NCBI RefSeq assembly: GCF_028369095.1
Contig: NZ_JAQNDN010000024.1
Span: 89,350-153,349, forward strand
Direction of reading: 5' to 3'
Source of the DNA: Nannocystis radixulma
Lineage (GTDB): Bacteria > Myxococcota_A > Polyangia > Nannocystales > Nannocystaceae
DNA: 64,000 nt
Shown: one piece after another, positions 39,849 to 50,607 of the stretch
How positions within the stretch are numbered: position 1 is the stretch's first letter
Layout: each line of letters opens with the position of its first letter
The notes under the pieces: generated by a model
The model's input: only the letters and a program-made list of their open reading frames with translations
What the model was told of the DNA's origin: nothing
Databases searched by the model: none
Position numbers and translations under genes: made by a program

Positions 39849-41942
39849 TCACTTCTTGATCTGCTGGGTGTGCGACTGCAGGGCCTCGGTCAGGCCGGAT
39901 ACGCCGTCGGCGCCGGCCGGGACGGTGATGCTCGATCCGGTGAAGTCCTTGCCGATTGGCTCGACGCGGCCGCCGAGGCAGGCGCCGAGGAAGCCCTCGG
40001 CGACGGCGGTGAACGCCTTGTTGTTCTCCGGGCGGGCGAAGCCGTGGCCCTCGTCGGGGAACAGCACGTAGGTGACCGGGATCTTCTTGGCCTGCATGGC
40101 GGTGACGATCTGGTCGCTCTCGGCTTGACTGACGCGCGGGTCGTTGGCGCCCTGGGCGATCAGCAGCGGCTTCTTGATGCGGTCGACGCGGCTGATCGGT
40201 GAGCGCTCGAGCAGCTTCTTCTTGCCGTCCTCGGTGCGCGAGTCGCCGACGCGCCCGTACCACTGCTGCATGAAGCTGGCCCAGTAGGCCGGGAAGGTGG
40301 CGAACAGGGTGTTGAGGTTGGACGGGCCGACGACGTCGACGCCGCACTTGAAGGTGTCGGGCGTGAAGGTCAGGCCGACCAGGGTGGCGTAGCCGCCGTA
40401 GCTGGCGCCCATGATCGCGACCTGGTCCTCGGTGGTGACGCCCTGCTTGACGGCCCACTTGACGGCGTCGAGCAGGTCGTCGTGCATCTTGCCCGACCAC
40501 TCGTAGTTGGACTTGTTGACGAAGTCTTTGCCGAAGCCGGTCGAGCCGCGATAATTGACCTGCAGCACCGCGTAGCCGCGGTTGGCCAGCCACTGCGGCG
40601 AGGGGGCGTAGCCGTAGGTGTCGCGCCCCCACGGGCCGCCGTGGACGTAGAGCACCAGCGGGACGGCCGTGTTCGCCTTGCCGTCCTGGTCGGGGTCGGC
40701 CTGCAGCGGGAGGCTGAGGTAGCTGACCAGCGTGAGGCCGTCGCGCGACGGGATCTCCTGCGGCCACTGTTTCACCAGCGGCTTGCCGTCGAGCGCGGGG
40801 CGGGCCGAGAACAACTTCTGCGGCTCGCCGCCGCGGTCGTAGCGGTAGTAGATCGCGGGCGCCTCGGCGGCCGAGTAGGTGACGATCCAGGTCTTGTCGT
40901 CGAGCGTGCGCGCGCCGACGCTGATCACGCCGGGACCGAGCGCCTGCAGCTTCTCGAGGTCGGTTTCGATGCCGGGGTCGACCGCCTTCCACTCCTCGCG
41001 CAGGTAGTTGGCGGCGACCGCCTGCACCACGCCGGTCCTGGGGTCAGCCAGCACGCCGCTGATGTCGGCCCGCGGATCTTCGAACACGAGCTTCCGCTCG
41101 CGCGTGGCGAGGTCGACCGCGTAGAGGGCGATGGTGTTGCGGTTGCGCGACTCACGGAGGTAGACGGTCTTGCCGTCGGTGGTGAAGCCGCCGTAGCCGG
41201 TGCTCAGCGAGTCGTCGAACGGGATCTGCTCGAGCTCCTTCCAGCCGTTCTTGCCGTCGGGCTGGAGGACGTCGAAGCCGCCGTCTTCGCGCGCGCGCGT
41301 GGCGAGGCGCAGCTTGAAGTCGGAGTCGGTGATGTGGACGGCGATCTTGCTGTCGTTGCGGGCGAGCAGGGTCCGCTCGCCGGTGGCGAGGTCGACGCGG
41401 TAGAGGTCGTGCCACTGAGCGTCGCGGTCGTTCATCCTGACGAGCACGGATTCGGGGTGCAGGTGGCTGACGCCGTTGACCTGCGCGCGGGTCTTGGGGA
41501 ACGGCGAGAGGTCGCGGCTCTGGCCGCTCGTGAGGTCGACCGCGTAAAGGTGGAAGTCCTCGTCGCCGCCGGTGTCGCGCAGGTACAGCAGCGTGTCGGG
41601 CTTGAAGGTCCAGAAGTACTGGACGATGCCCCGCGCCTTGTCGCTGGTGACGGCGCGCGCCTTGGCGGGCTCGTTCGCCGGCGCGACGTGGACGTTGAGC
41701 ACGCCGTCGACCGGTGCGACCCAGCTGAGGTATTTGCCGTCGGGGCTGATCTGCACGTTGGCCCGCTCGGGGTTGCCGAACAGCGCCTCGCGCGGGATGA
41801 GCTCCGGCGCCGCCGCGGCGGCGGGCGGCGCGGCCTCCGGCGTGGGCTTGGCGGCGGCGGGCTTGGCCGGGGTGGATTCGGCGGGCTGGCCGCTACAGCC
41901 GGCGAGGGCGAGGCCGACGGTCAGGAGCAGAGGACGGCGCAT
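39849..41942 (-). CDS. S9-family serine peptidase (prolyl oligopeptidase/dipeptidyl aminopeptidase-like) lipoprotein
   Basis: MRRPLLLTVGLALAGCSG lipobox. Beta-propeller N-domain. GASYGGY nucleophile elbow. GGAG Shine-Dalgarno before the ATG. Confidence 0.85.
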   Translation of the reverse strand: MRRPLLLTVGLALAGCSGQPAESTPAKPAAAKPTPEAAPPAAAAAPELIPREALFGNPERANVQISPDGKYLSWVAPVDGVLNVHVAPANEPAKARAVTSDKARGIVQYFWTFKPDTLLYLRDTGGDEDFHLYAVDLTSGQSRDLSPFPKTRAQVNGVSHLHPESVLVRMNDRDAQWHDLYRVDLATGERTLLARNDSKIAVHITDSDFKLRLATRAREDGGFDVLQPDGKNGWKELEQIPFDDSLSTGYGGFTTDGKTVYLRESRNRNTIALYAVDLATRERKLVFEDPRADISGVLADPRTGVVQAVAANYLREEWKAVDPGIETDLEKLQALGPGVISVGARTLDDKTWIVTYSAAEAPAIYYRYDRGGEPQKLFSARPALDGKPLVKQWPQEIPSRDGLTLVSYLSLPLQADPDQDGKANTAVPLVLYVHGGPWGRDTYGYAPSPQWLANRGYAVLQVNYRGSTGFGKDFVNKSNYEWSGKMHDDLLDAVKWAVKQGVTTEDQVAIMGASYGGYATLVGLTFTPDTFKCGVDVVGPSNLNTLFATFPAYWASFMQQWYGRVGDSRTEDGKKKLLERSPISRVDRIKKPLLIAQGANDPRVSQAESDQIVTAMQAKKIPVTYVLFPDEGHGFARPENNKAFTAVAEGFLGACLGGRVEPIGKDFTGSSITVPAGADGVSGLTEALQSHTQQIKK

Positions 41943-42150
41943 GAGATTCTCCAGGGCTGAGGGTTCCAGGCTTGGAATGCGCTGACCGCGGGTTGGATTC
42001 ACCGGCTGGTGTGAAAGTTCGCCAATTATACATGGGCGAAAACGAGCATTATGCGTTTCGTCGGGCCGAATCCGGTATGTGCATTGTGTTTCGTGACGAT
42101 GGCGGCCTCCGGGCGAACATCACAGTGCGACCATTGCGGTCGCTCGCCCG

Positions 42151-43029
42151 TCAGCCCTTGACGCCGCCGGCGGTGAGGCCGGCGATGAGGTGGCGCTGGG
42201 CGATGTAGAAGAGGATCATCACCGGGATCGAGACGATCAGCGAGCCGGCGGCGAACTTGGGCCAGTCGGCGCTGAACTCGGAGATGTAGCGCTGCAGCAC
42301 CACCGGGACGGTGTACATCTCCTCGCGACCGAGCATGGTGTGGGCCAGCACGAACTCGTTGTAGGCGCTCATGAAGGCGAACAGCGCGGTGACGGCGATG
42401 GCGGGACGCGCGGCGGGCAGGACGACCTTGAGGAAGGCCTCGAAGCGGGTCGCGCCGTCGACCATCGCGGCCTCCTCGAGGTCGCGCGGGATGGTCTCGA
42501 AGGCGCCGCGCAGCTGGAAGATGGCGAACGGGACGGCGGTGGTGGCGTAGCAGAGGACCAGGCCCGAGCGGGTGCCGAGCAGGCCGAGGCCGTCGAGGAT
42601 GATGTAGAGGGGGATCGCGCTGGCGACCGCGGGGAACATCTGCGTGGCCAGCAGCGCGCGCACGCCCGAGTCCTTGCCGACGAACTCGAAGCGGGCCAGG
42701 GCGTAGGCGGTCGGCACGGCGATGACGACACCGACCAGCGCGGTAGCCAGGCTGATGACGATCGAGTTGGCGAGCTGCAGGCCGAACAACCATCGGTCGG
42801 GGCCGCCGGGCACCTCGAGGGTCGAGAAGGCGACGCCGCGCAGGTGCTCGAGGGTCGGCTCGATCGGGACCGGGATCACCCGCGCGGTCGGCTCGACGGC
42901 GCCGGAGAAGGCGAGCGAGATGACCCAAAGGACAGGATAGAGGGCGAACGCGACGGCGACGATCAGCAGCAGGTGGGCGCCGATCGACTCGGCGAGGCTG
43001 ACCCTGCGACCCTGCCCGGAGGCGCTCAT
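42151..43029 (-). CDS. malG: Carbohydrate ABC transporter permease (MalG-like)
   Basis: EAA loop ...EEAAMVDGATRFEAFLKVVLP... Six TM segments. Start ATG at 43029 (MSASGQG). Confidence 0.85.
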   Translation of the reverse strand: MSASGQGRRVSLAESIGAHLLLIVAVAFALYPVLWVISLAFSGAVEPTARVIPVPIEPTLEHLRGVAFSTLEVPGGPDRWLFGLQLANSIVISLATALVGVVIAVPTAYALARFEFVGKDSGVRALLATQMFPAVASAIPLYIILDGLGLLGTRSGLVLCYATTAVPFAIFQLRGAFETIPRDLEEAAMVDGATRFEAFLKVVLPAARPAIAVTALFAFMSAYNEFVLAHTMLGREEMYTVPVVLQRYISEFSADWPKFAAGSLIVSIPVMILFYIAQRHLIAGLTAGGVKG

Positions 43030-43174
43030 CGATCGACCTCGCTGGTGAACGTGGGGTGGATGGTCGTCACGGCATGTCGTGAGAGGCATGTCCCGGAGGA
43101 CATGGTCACGGGGGCATGCTCGAAGAGACCCGTGGCCAGGCGACGAGGGGCAGGGGCAGAGCGCTCGCGGTGGA

Positions 43175-45370
43175 TCATCGCGCGGCCTCCGGGCGACGGG
43201 CCAGCCAGGCCGGCAGGCGGGTGGTGACGAGCAGGAGCAGGAAGATCAGGACGGCGTAGGCGGCGGCGTAGCCGTACTGGGCCTCGCGGGTGAAGGCCCA
43301 GCGGTAGGCCTCGCTGACGAGGATGTCGGTCGCGCCGTCGGGGTCGCCGCCCGAGACGAGGAACACGACGTTGAACATGTTGAAGGTCCAGATCGCGCCG
43401 AGGGTGACGGCCGGGGCGAGGGCGGGGCGGATCATCGGCAGGGTGACGCGGGTGAGGCGTTGCCAGCGCGAGGCGCCGTCGACCTCGGCGGCCTCGAGCA
43501 CGTCGGTGGGCACGGCCGTGAGCGCGCCGAGGGTGACGACCATCATGAAGGGGAAGCCGAGCCACACGTTGGTGGCGACGTTGGCGGCGAAGGCGGTGGC
43601 GAAGCGCGAGAACCAGGCGATCGGCTCGATGCTGGTGCCGAACAGGTCGTTGACGGCGTGAATCAGGCCGGTGACGGCGCCGAACTGCTGGTGGAACATG
43701 CCCTTCCACGCCAGGGCGGTGACGTAGCTGGGGACGGCCCAGGGGATGATCAGGAGCACGCGGTAGAGCGCGCGCAGGCGCAGGGTCGGGCGCGACAGCA
43801 CGAGGCCGAGCGCGAGGCCGATGCCGAGGTGGAGGACGACGTTGACGGCCGTCCACAGGAAGGTGACGAGGAGGACGAACCAGAACGAGCCGGTGGCGAG
43901 CAAGGGGCCGCCGCGGGCGGTGAGGATCTCGAAGAAGTTGGCGAGGCCGACGTAGTAGCCCTCGCCGGGGCGGCCGGCGAACAGCGAGGTGGCGGCGCCG
44001 ACGATCAGCGGGACGAACACCAGGAGGCCGACGACGACGACGCTGTGGGCGACGTAGCGGTAGGCAGGCAGCGAGCGGCGCAGGGCCTGGCGCGCGTCGG
44101 GGTCGCGGGCGCGGCGGACCAGGTGGAACGCGACGAGCAGGAGGCCGAGGCCGAGCAGCAAGAGCGCGGGGGTCGGCGAGGCCGCGGCGGGAGGGGGACG
44201 GCGGACGTCGGCGAAGCGGTGCGCGGCCTCGGCGAGGGCCTCGGCGGGGTCGGCCTGGCCGCGCAGGACCTTGCGGATCGCGCGGAACGCCGGCTCCCAG
44301 GTCGAGCGCATCGCCGGGTCGGCCGACATCGGCTCGGCCAGCTCGGCCTGGGCGCGGAAGCCGGCGAGGACGGGGCTGTCCTCGGGGACAGGTACGTCTG
44401 TCCTCACGGACAGGGTGCCGGCCTGGCGCTGGCGCAGCTCGGCCGCGTCGGCGCTGCCGAGGGCGCGGGCCAGGGCCAGCGCTGCCGGCTTCTCGACCCC
44501 CTGCGGCGATAGCATGGCGGCCTCGACGGTCAGCGGCGGGCGCATCGGCAGGCCGGTCTCGGCGACGATCGGCAGCGGGACGACGCGCCAGGCGAAGCCG
44601 ACCTGCGCGAGGTCGCCGACCAGCCACGGGCCGCTGATGGCGAAGGCCGCTCGGCCGCTGCGGAACAGATCCGCGACCAGCGCCCCGTCGGCGTCGCGCG
44701 GGACGGCGCCGCGCTCGGCGAGCTCGCGCGCGAACGCCAGCGAGCGCTCGGCCGCCGGCCCGACGAAGCCGAAGGATCCGTCCTCGGCGAGCATGCGCCC
44801 GCCGAAGGCCGCCAGCAGCGGCATGTGGCCGTAGGCGCTCTGGGCCTCGTAGGCCAGCGGGTAGACGCCGGCGGGCAGCGACAGCGCGGCGATCTCCTCC
44901 AGGGTCTTCGGGACATGTCCGACGAGACCGGCGTTGACGAACAGCGCGACCGACTTGGCGCTCAGCGGCACGCCCCAGACGACGCCGTCCTGGGTGACCG
45001 CGGCCAGCGACTGCGCGGAGTAGACGTCGGGTGCGTCGAGCGCGGCAGTCGCCGGGCCGACGAGGGCGCGCTGGCGGTAGTCGCCGAGGCGCTCGTGCGA
45101 GTCGATGAAGACGTCGGGCCCCTGGCCGCGCGGGATGGTCGCCACCAGCTTGCTGGCGAAGCTCTCGTGGGCGACGGCCAGCAGCTCGACGCGGTGGCCG
45201 GTGGTCGCGCTGAAGCGCTCGACGACCTCGACCAGGGCGGCGGCCTCGGCGTCGCGGTAGGCATGCCACAGCCGCAGCTCGTCGGCCCGCGCGAGGGCGG
45301 GGGCGAGGGCGGCGAGCAGCGCGAACGCGGCGCAGAGGACATGTCCGGGAGAGCCTGTTCGCTGACGCAT
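43175..45370 (-). CDS. Fused maltose/maltodextrin-type periplasmic solute-binding protein plus MalF-like ABC permease
   Basis: N-terminal ~400 aa is a signal peptide plus SBP (..LRLWHAY..VFIDSHERLGDY..). C-terminal ~300 aa is a permease with EAA loop EAAEVDGASRWQRL. The ATG is supplied by a GGACATGCG repeat copy. Confidence 0.8.
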   Translation of the reverse strand: MRQRTGSPGHVLCAAFALLAALAPALARADELRLWHAYRDAEAAALVEVVERFSATTGHRVELLAVAHESFASKLVATIPRGQGPDVFIDSHERLGDYRQRALVGPATAALDAPDVYSAQSLAAVTQDGVVWGVPLSAKSVALFVNAGLVGHVPKTLEEIAALSLPAGVYPLAYEAQSAYGHMPLLAAFGGRMLAEDGSFGFVGPAAERSLAFARELAERGAVPRDADGALVADLFRSGRAAFAISGPWLVGDLAQVGFAWRVVPLPIVAETGLPMRPPLTVEAAMLSPQGVEKPAALALARALGSADAAELRQRQAGTLSVRTDVPVPEDSPVLAGFRAQAELAEPMSADPAMRSTWEPAFRAIRKVLRGQADPAEALAEAAHRFADVRRPPPAAASPTPALLLLGLGLLLVAFHLVRRARDPDARQALRRSLPAYRYVAHSVVVVGLLVFVPLIVGAATSLFAGRPGEGYYVGLANFFEILTARGGPLLATGSFWFVLLVTFLWTAVNVVLHLGIGLALGLVLSRPTLRLRALYRVLLIIPWAVPSYVTALAWKGMFHQQFGAVTGLIHAVNDLFGTSIEPIAWFSRFATAFAANVATNVWLGFPFMMVVTLGALTAVPTDVLEAAEVDGASRWQRLTRVTLPMIRPALAPAVTLGAIWTFNMFNVVFLVSGGDPDGATDILVSEAYRWAFTREAQYGYAAAYAVLIFLLLLVTTRLPAWLARRPEAAR

Positions 45371-45414
45371 GTCCGGGCGGACATGCGCGAATCGACAGGC
45401 TCTCGCGGACATGC

Positions 45415-45420
<6 letters not shown>
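45345..45420. repeat. GGACA-family array of 5 copies (GAGGACATGTCC..GCATGTCC..GGACATGCGC..GACAGGCTC..GGACATGCTC) at the malK / SBP-permease junction
   Basis: Read directly. Confidence 0.8.
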
Positions 45421-46488
<1,068 letters not shown>

Positions 46489-46494
46489 GAATCG

Positions 46495-48453
46495 TCAGAC
46501 GTCTTGCTGCGGGACCAGGAGCATGCCGGACACCGGCGGGAGGGTGAGGTCGAGCGCACCGCCGGCGCCGACGGTGTATTGCTTGTTGCCGCCGAGCACG
46601 TCGACCAGCACGGCCCCGGCCGGCGCGGAGGTGGTCATGGTGGTGCCGTCGAAGGCGGTGCGGCTGTCGTGGTTCTGGTTGGTGTTGAACACGACGAGCG
46701 CATAGTTGCCGCCGGCGTCGCCGCCGGCCCGCTCGAACGCGAAGATCCCGGCGTCGGACTCGTCGCCGGTCCGCGAGGTCGACCACACGACCGTGGTGTC
46801 GCCGCGGCGCAGGGCGGCCAGCTTCTTGCGCATCTCGATCAGCTTCTTGGTGAAGACGAAGGTCGGACCGGTGGTGTCGAACGCGGGCGGCGCGGCGGTG
46901 TCGCCCAAATAGGGGTAGGGCCGCCACATGTCCTCGCGGTTGCTCGGGTCGTTGCCGCCGCGGTACTCGAGCTCGGTGCCGTAATAGAGGCACGGGATGC
47001 CCTCGGCGGTCATGAGCATGAGGAGGGCGTTCTGCAGCATGGCGCGCAGGCGCAGCTCCTTGTCGCGCAGCGACTTGCCGGCGAACGCGGGGTCGTTGTC
47101 GACGCGCGCGCGGGCGAAGTAGAGGAAGCGGGCGACGTCGTGGTTGTCGATGAAGTTGACGAGGACCTTGTGCGGCGCGACGCCGGCGCTGGCGGCCGGG
47201 GCGACGGTGCCGTAATTGACGGTCTTGTTGGCCCACAAATTGGCGATCCGGTCGGTCGAGGCGGCGTCCTGGAACACGTCGCGGAACACCTGGTAGTGCT
47301 GCGGGAAGTAGAAGGCGCTGTCGAGCTGGTCGCCGGTGAGCTTGGGGCCGTCGTCGCACGAGTTCTCGCGCGCGAGCTCCTCGTCGCTCGGGAGGTCGTT
47401 CTTGGTGAAGGAGCCGACCAGATCGTCGCGGCCGTCGAAGGCCTCGCCGAACATGAAGAATTTGGTCTTGCCCTGGGCCGCCAGCCGCTGGCGCACGCGC
47501 TGGGTGAAGTAGCGCCAGAACTCGCGCTCGACGTGCTTGACGGTGTCGATGCGGAAGCCGTCGGCGTCGGTCAGCTCGATCCACCGCGCGTACGAGTCGA
47601 CGAACGCCTGCTTGACGTCGCAGCGGGTGGTGTTGACGTCCTTCAGGCCGCCGGGGAAATCACCGGTGAGGAGCTGCTGCGGGTCGTCGTAATTGAAGGT
47701 GCGACCCTTGCGGTTGTAGACGTCGGGGTTCTGGAAGATGGCCGGCATCGGGGTGACGTGGCCGCTCTTCGGATCGAAGGGAAAGATGATCGGCGCCGGG
47801 CCGGCGGGGCCCAGCGAGGTGAAGGCCTGGACGCCGCCGGGGTTGAAGTCGGGGTCGTACTCGGTGATGTGGGTGAAGCCGGATTGATCGAAGCCGGGCG
47901 GCACCGGGGTGCCCTGCGGGCGGGTGCCGGTGCCCTGCAGCAGGATGTCGGGCACGCCGTTGAGGTTCATGTCGTAGAAGAACAGCTGACCCATGTGATT
48001 GGCGACGATGTCGATCACGACCAGCATGTCGCGCTCGTGCGCGGCCTGGACGAGGCTGCGCAGGTCGTCGAGGTTGCCGAAGTGGGCGTTCGGCTGGGTC
48101 AGGTCGACGGCCCAGTAGCCGTGGTAGCCGTCGACGTTGGCGTCGGTCTCGATGTTCTTGATGACCGGCGAGATCCACAGGGTGTTGACCCCGAGCTCCT
48201 GGATGTAGTCGAGTCGGTTCTCGAGCCCGATCCAGTCGCCGCCGTGGTAGCGGGCCATGTTCTCGCGGTCGAGCAAGTAGTTGTTGCCGTCGTCGCCGTC
48301 GTCGAAGCGGTCGATGAGGACCTGGTAGATGACGGCCTCGCGCCAGTCCTTGGCGTGGGTGGCGACCTTGACCGGCTCCTCGAGGGTGTCGAAGTGCAGG
48401 CAGCCGGCGGCGGCGAGGAGCGCGGGGGCGAATGCGAGGAGTCGGAATTGCAT
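46495..48453 (-). CDS. GH13 alpha-amylase-family lipoprotein
   Basis: Signal peptide with AAAGC lipobox. DGYHGYW, GFRIDTVKH, catalytic-core motifs. Confidence 0.85.
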   Translation of the reverse strand: MQFRLLAFAPALLAAAGCLHFDTLEEPVKVATHAKDWREAVIYQVLIDRFDDGDDGNNYLLDRENMARYHGGDWIGLENRLDYIQELGVNTLWISPVIKNIETDANVDGYHGYWAVDLTQPNAHFGNLDDLRSLVQAAHERDMLVVIDIVANHMGQLFFYDMNLNGVPDILLQGTGTRPQGTPVPPGFDQSGFTHITEYDPDFNPGGVQAFTSLGPAGPAPIIFPFDPKSGHVTPMPAIFQNPDVYNRKGRTFNYDDPQQLLTGDFPGGLKDVNTTRCDVKQAFVDSYARWIELTDADGFRIDTVKHVEREFWRYFTQRVRQRLAAQGKTKFFMFGEAFDGRDDLVGSFTKNDLPSDEELARENSCDDGPKLTGDQLDSAFYFPQHYQVFRDVFQDAASTDRIANLWANKTVNYGTVAPAASAGVAPHKVLVNFIDNHDVARFLYFARARVDNDPAFAGKSLRDKELRLRAMLQNALLMLMTAEGIPCLYYGTELEYRGGNDPSNREDMWRPYPYLGDTAAPPAFDTTGPTFVFTKKLIEMRKKLAALRRGDTTVVWSTSRTGDESDAGIFAFERAGGDAGGNYALVVFNTNQNHDSRTAFDGTTMTTSAPAGAVLVDVLGGNKQYTVGAGGALDLTLPPVSGMLLVPQQDV

Positions 48454-48480
48454 GGGTGCCTCCGTTCGCGAAAGTCCGCG

Positions 48481-50115
48481 TCAGCGGAAATAACTGGTGG
48501 AGCCGAACCACCATTCGGCGCCGACGCCGATGAAGTGGTCGACGCCGCGGCGGGCGAACTTGTCGTCGGCCGGGTAGAACGAGCGCGCGCCGGCGTCGCG
48601 CACGGTGAGGAGATAGATCAGGCGGATGTGCGGGCGCTGGAACGCGCCGGGGCCGCCCGGGGTGATGAAGGGGATCAGGCCGAAGCGGCCCATCTGCGCG
48701 AACACGGGCTTGAACAGGTTGGGCTCGGCCTCGGTGGCGACGCCGCGCTGCTGGGCCTGATACGAGGCCTCGAGCGCGACGCCGGCGATCTTGGCGAACC
48801 ACACCTGCGGGCGGGCGATGACGATGCCCTCGTTGAGGTCGTCCCAGTCGAGCGAGCGGCTGGCGTTGCGGAACTGGCGATAATACGAGCCCATGAGCAG
48901 GCCGAACGGGCCGCGCTCCCAGTTGCCGCTGAGGGTGACGAGCAATTCGTAGGCGCCGGTGGTCAGGCGATCGGGGCGCAGCTGTCGGGGCGCATTGAGC
49001 TCGCCGTAGGCGGCCAGGCCGGAGGCGAAGCGCGCGGTGAGGTTGACGTAGGTGCTGCGCTTGCCGGTGAAGGCGCCGACCTGGGCGCCGCCGACGAAGC
49101 CCTTGTCCTTGGGGACCTGCTCGTAGACCTTGCTCTCGACCTCGCGCTGGCCCTCGGGCACGTAGTGCAGCTCGCCGTAGAGGATGCCCTTGATGCCGCC
49201 GCTCTCGCCGATCGGCCAGACGTGGCTGAGCTTGACGCTGCTGACCAGCTTCTGACGATCGAGGATCGCGACCTCGGCCTGCCCGAATTGATTGTAGGTG
49301 GGCGGGCGCAGGATGGTCTGGCGATAGTACGGATCGGTCGGCTGATTGAGGCCGGCGTGGAACTTGAGCTCGGTGCCGGTCTTGAAGGTGTAGCCGACGC
49401 CGCCGCCGATGGTGTTGAGGTTGTCGAGCGGCCAGAAGTCGAGCAGGTAGATGTCGTCGCCGCGGTACATGCGTGAACCTGCCCAAAAGGACAGGCCCTT
49501 GACGCCGGCGTTGCGGACCTCGAGGTAGAGGTTGCGGATCGCCAGCGAGGCGGCGAACTGGCCGTTGTAGTGGAAGATCGGGTTGGCGAACGCGGTGGTG
49601 GCGACGATCCGCGTGTAGGCGCCGGTCGACTTCCAGTAGTCCTCGCGGCGCAGCTCGAGCTCGGCGTAGTTGGCCTCGTCGAGCCGCGAGCCGCGGGCGA
49701 CGATGTCGCCGTTGCGCCCGGCCCGACCTGCCGCGTCACCGCCAGCGATGACGCGGCCGTAGGAGCCGAAGTGGAAGCCGTCGGCGAGGCCCGGGGGGCT
49801 ATTGGGATCGTGCGGGTGCGGGCCCTTGGCGGCCGGCTTCTTCTCCGGCTTGACGGCTGGCTCGGGCACGGGCGCGGGGGCAGGCTCCTCGCGCGGGGTG
49901 GCCTCGGCGGGCGCGGGCTCCGGCTCGGTGGCGACGTCCGTCGGGCTGTCCGCAGGGACAGCTTCGGTCGGTGCCGGGGTGACCGGCGGCGTCGAGGCGG
50001 TCGGCTGCGAGGTGGTCGGCGGCGCGGACGGGCTCTGGGCGGCGGCCGCAGGCGATACGGCGGCGCCGAGGAACGCGACGGCGAGGGACAGGACAGGACG
50101 AAGATCGCGGCGCAC
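48481..50115 (-). CDS. Secreted beta-rich protein, putative outer-membrane carbohydrate porin (maltoporin-like) with Pro-rich N-terminal linker
   Basis: Signal peptide MRRDLRPVLSLAVAFLGAAVSPAAAA. G/Y/N/F-rich alternating pattern. Position at the head of the maltodextrin locus. The function call is tentative. Confidence 0.45.
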   Translation of the reverse strand: MRRDLRPVLSLAVAFLGAAVSPAAAAQSPSAPPTTSQPTASTPPVTPAPTEAVPADSPTDVATEPEPAPAEATPREEPAPAPVPEPAVKPEKKPAAKGPHPHDPNSPPGLADGFHFGSYGRVIAGGDAAGRAGRNGDIVARGSRLDEANYAELELRREDYWKSTGAYTRIVATTAFANPIFHYNGQFAASLAIRNLYLEVRNAGVKGLSFWAGSRMYRGDDIYLLDFWPLDNLNTIGGGVGYTFKTGTELKFHAGLNQPTDPYYRQTILRPPTYNQFGQAEVAILDRQKLVSSVKLSHVWPIGESGGIKGILYGELHYVPEGQREVESKVYEQVPKDKGFVGGAQVGAFTGKRSTYVNLTARFASGLAAYGELNAPRQLRPDRLTTGAYELLVTLSGNWERGPFGLLMGSYYRQFRNASRSLDWDDLNEGIVIARPQVWFAKIAGVALEASYQAQQRGVATEAEPNLFKPVFAQMGRFGLIPFITPGGPGAFQRPHIRLIYLLTVRDAGARSFYPADDKFARRGVDHFIGVGAEWWFGSTSYFR

Positions 50116-50172
50116 GGCGTCGTCGCAAGTGGTACTCCGAAGCGACGACGGTTGTCGAGCGTGGATCGCGGG

Positions 50173-50481
50173 CTACGTCAGACGAGTCTTGCAGAGGCGC
50201 AGCATCTCGCGGTCGGCGGGGTCGTCCTGCTCGGCGACGAGGGCCTGGATCGGCCCGAGAGCGGCGTCGTGGGCGACCCGCATGGTCCGGGTGAACTGGG
50301 TCGGGGCACCCTGGGTGTAGACGAGTTGCCGCAGGGCGTGTCGCCGATCGTCGGCATTACCCTGGTTGAAGGCGGGGCTGCTGAACAGGTCGCGATAGCC
50401 CTGATAGGCGGCGTCGACGTCGCCGCGGCGGAAGTCCGAGGTGATCTGCGCGAGGGCCTGGATCATCTGTTGTGACTGCAT
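50173..50481 (-). CDS. Small hypothetical protein (102 aa)
   Basis: GGAG plus 7 nt plus ATG. MQSQQMIQALAQITSDFRRGDVDAAYQGYRDLF... The longer ORF upstream is a low-complexity artifact. Confidence 0.4.
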   Translation of the reverse strand: MQSQQMIQALAQITSDFRRGDVDAAYQGYRDLFSSPAFNQGNADDRRHALRQLVYTQGAPTQFTRTMRVAHDAALGPIQALVAEQDDPADREMLRLCKTRLT

Positions 50482-50607
50482 GAGTGGCTCCGTGAAACCC
50501 GTAGCACCACAAGGCAGACGCGCACGGGGCTGCACGCGGCGGCCGGCAGGAGAGCCCGGCGTGATACGCTGGGGCCGATGCGTGGGGGAGGTCGGCACGT
50601 CCGTGTG

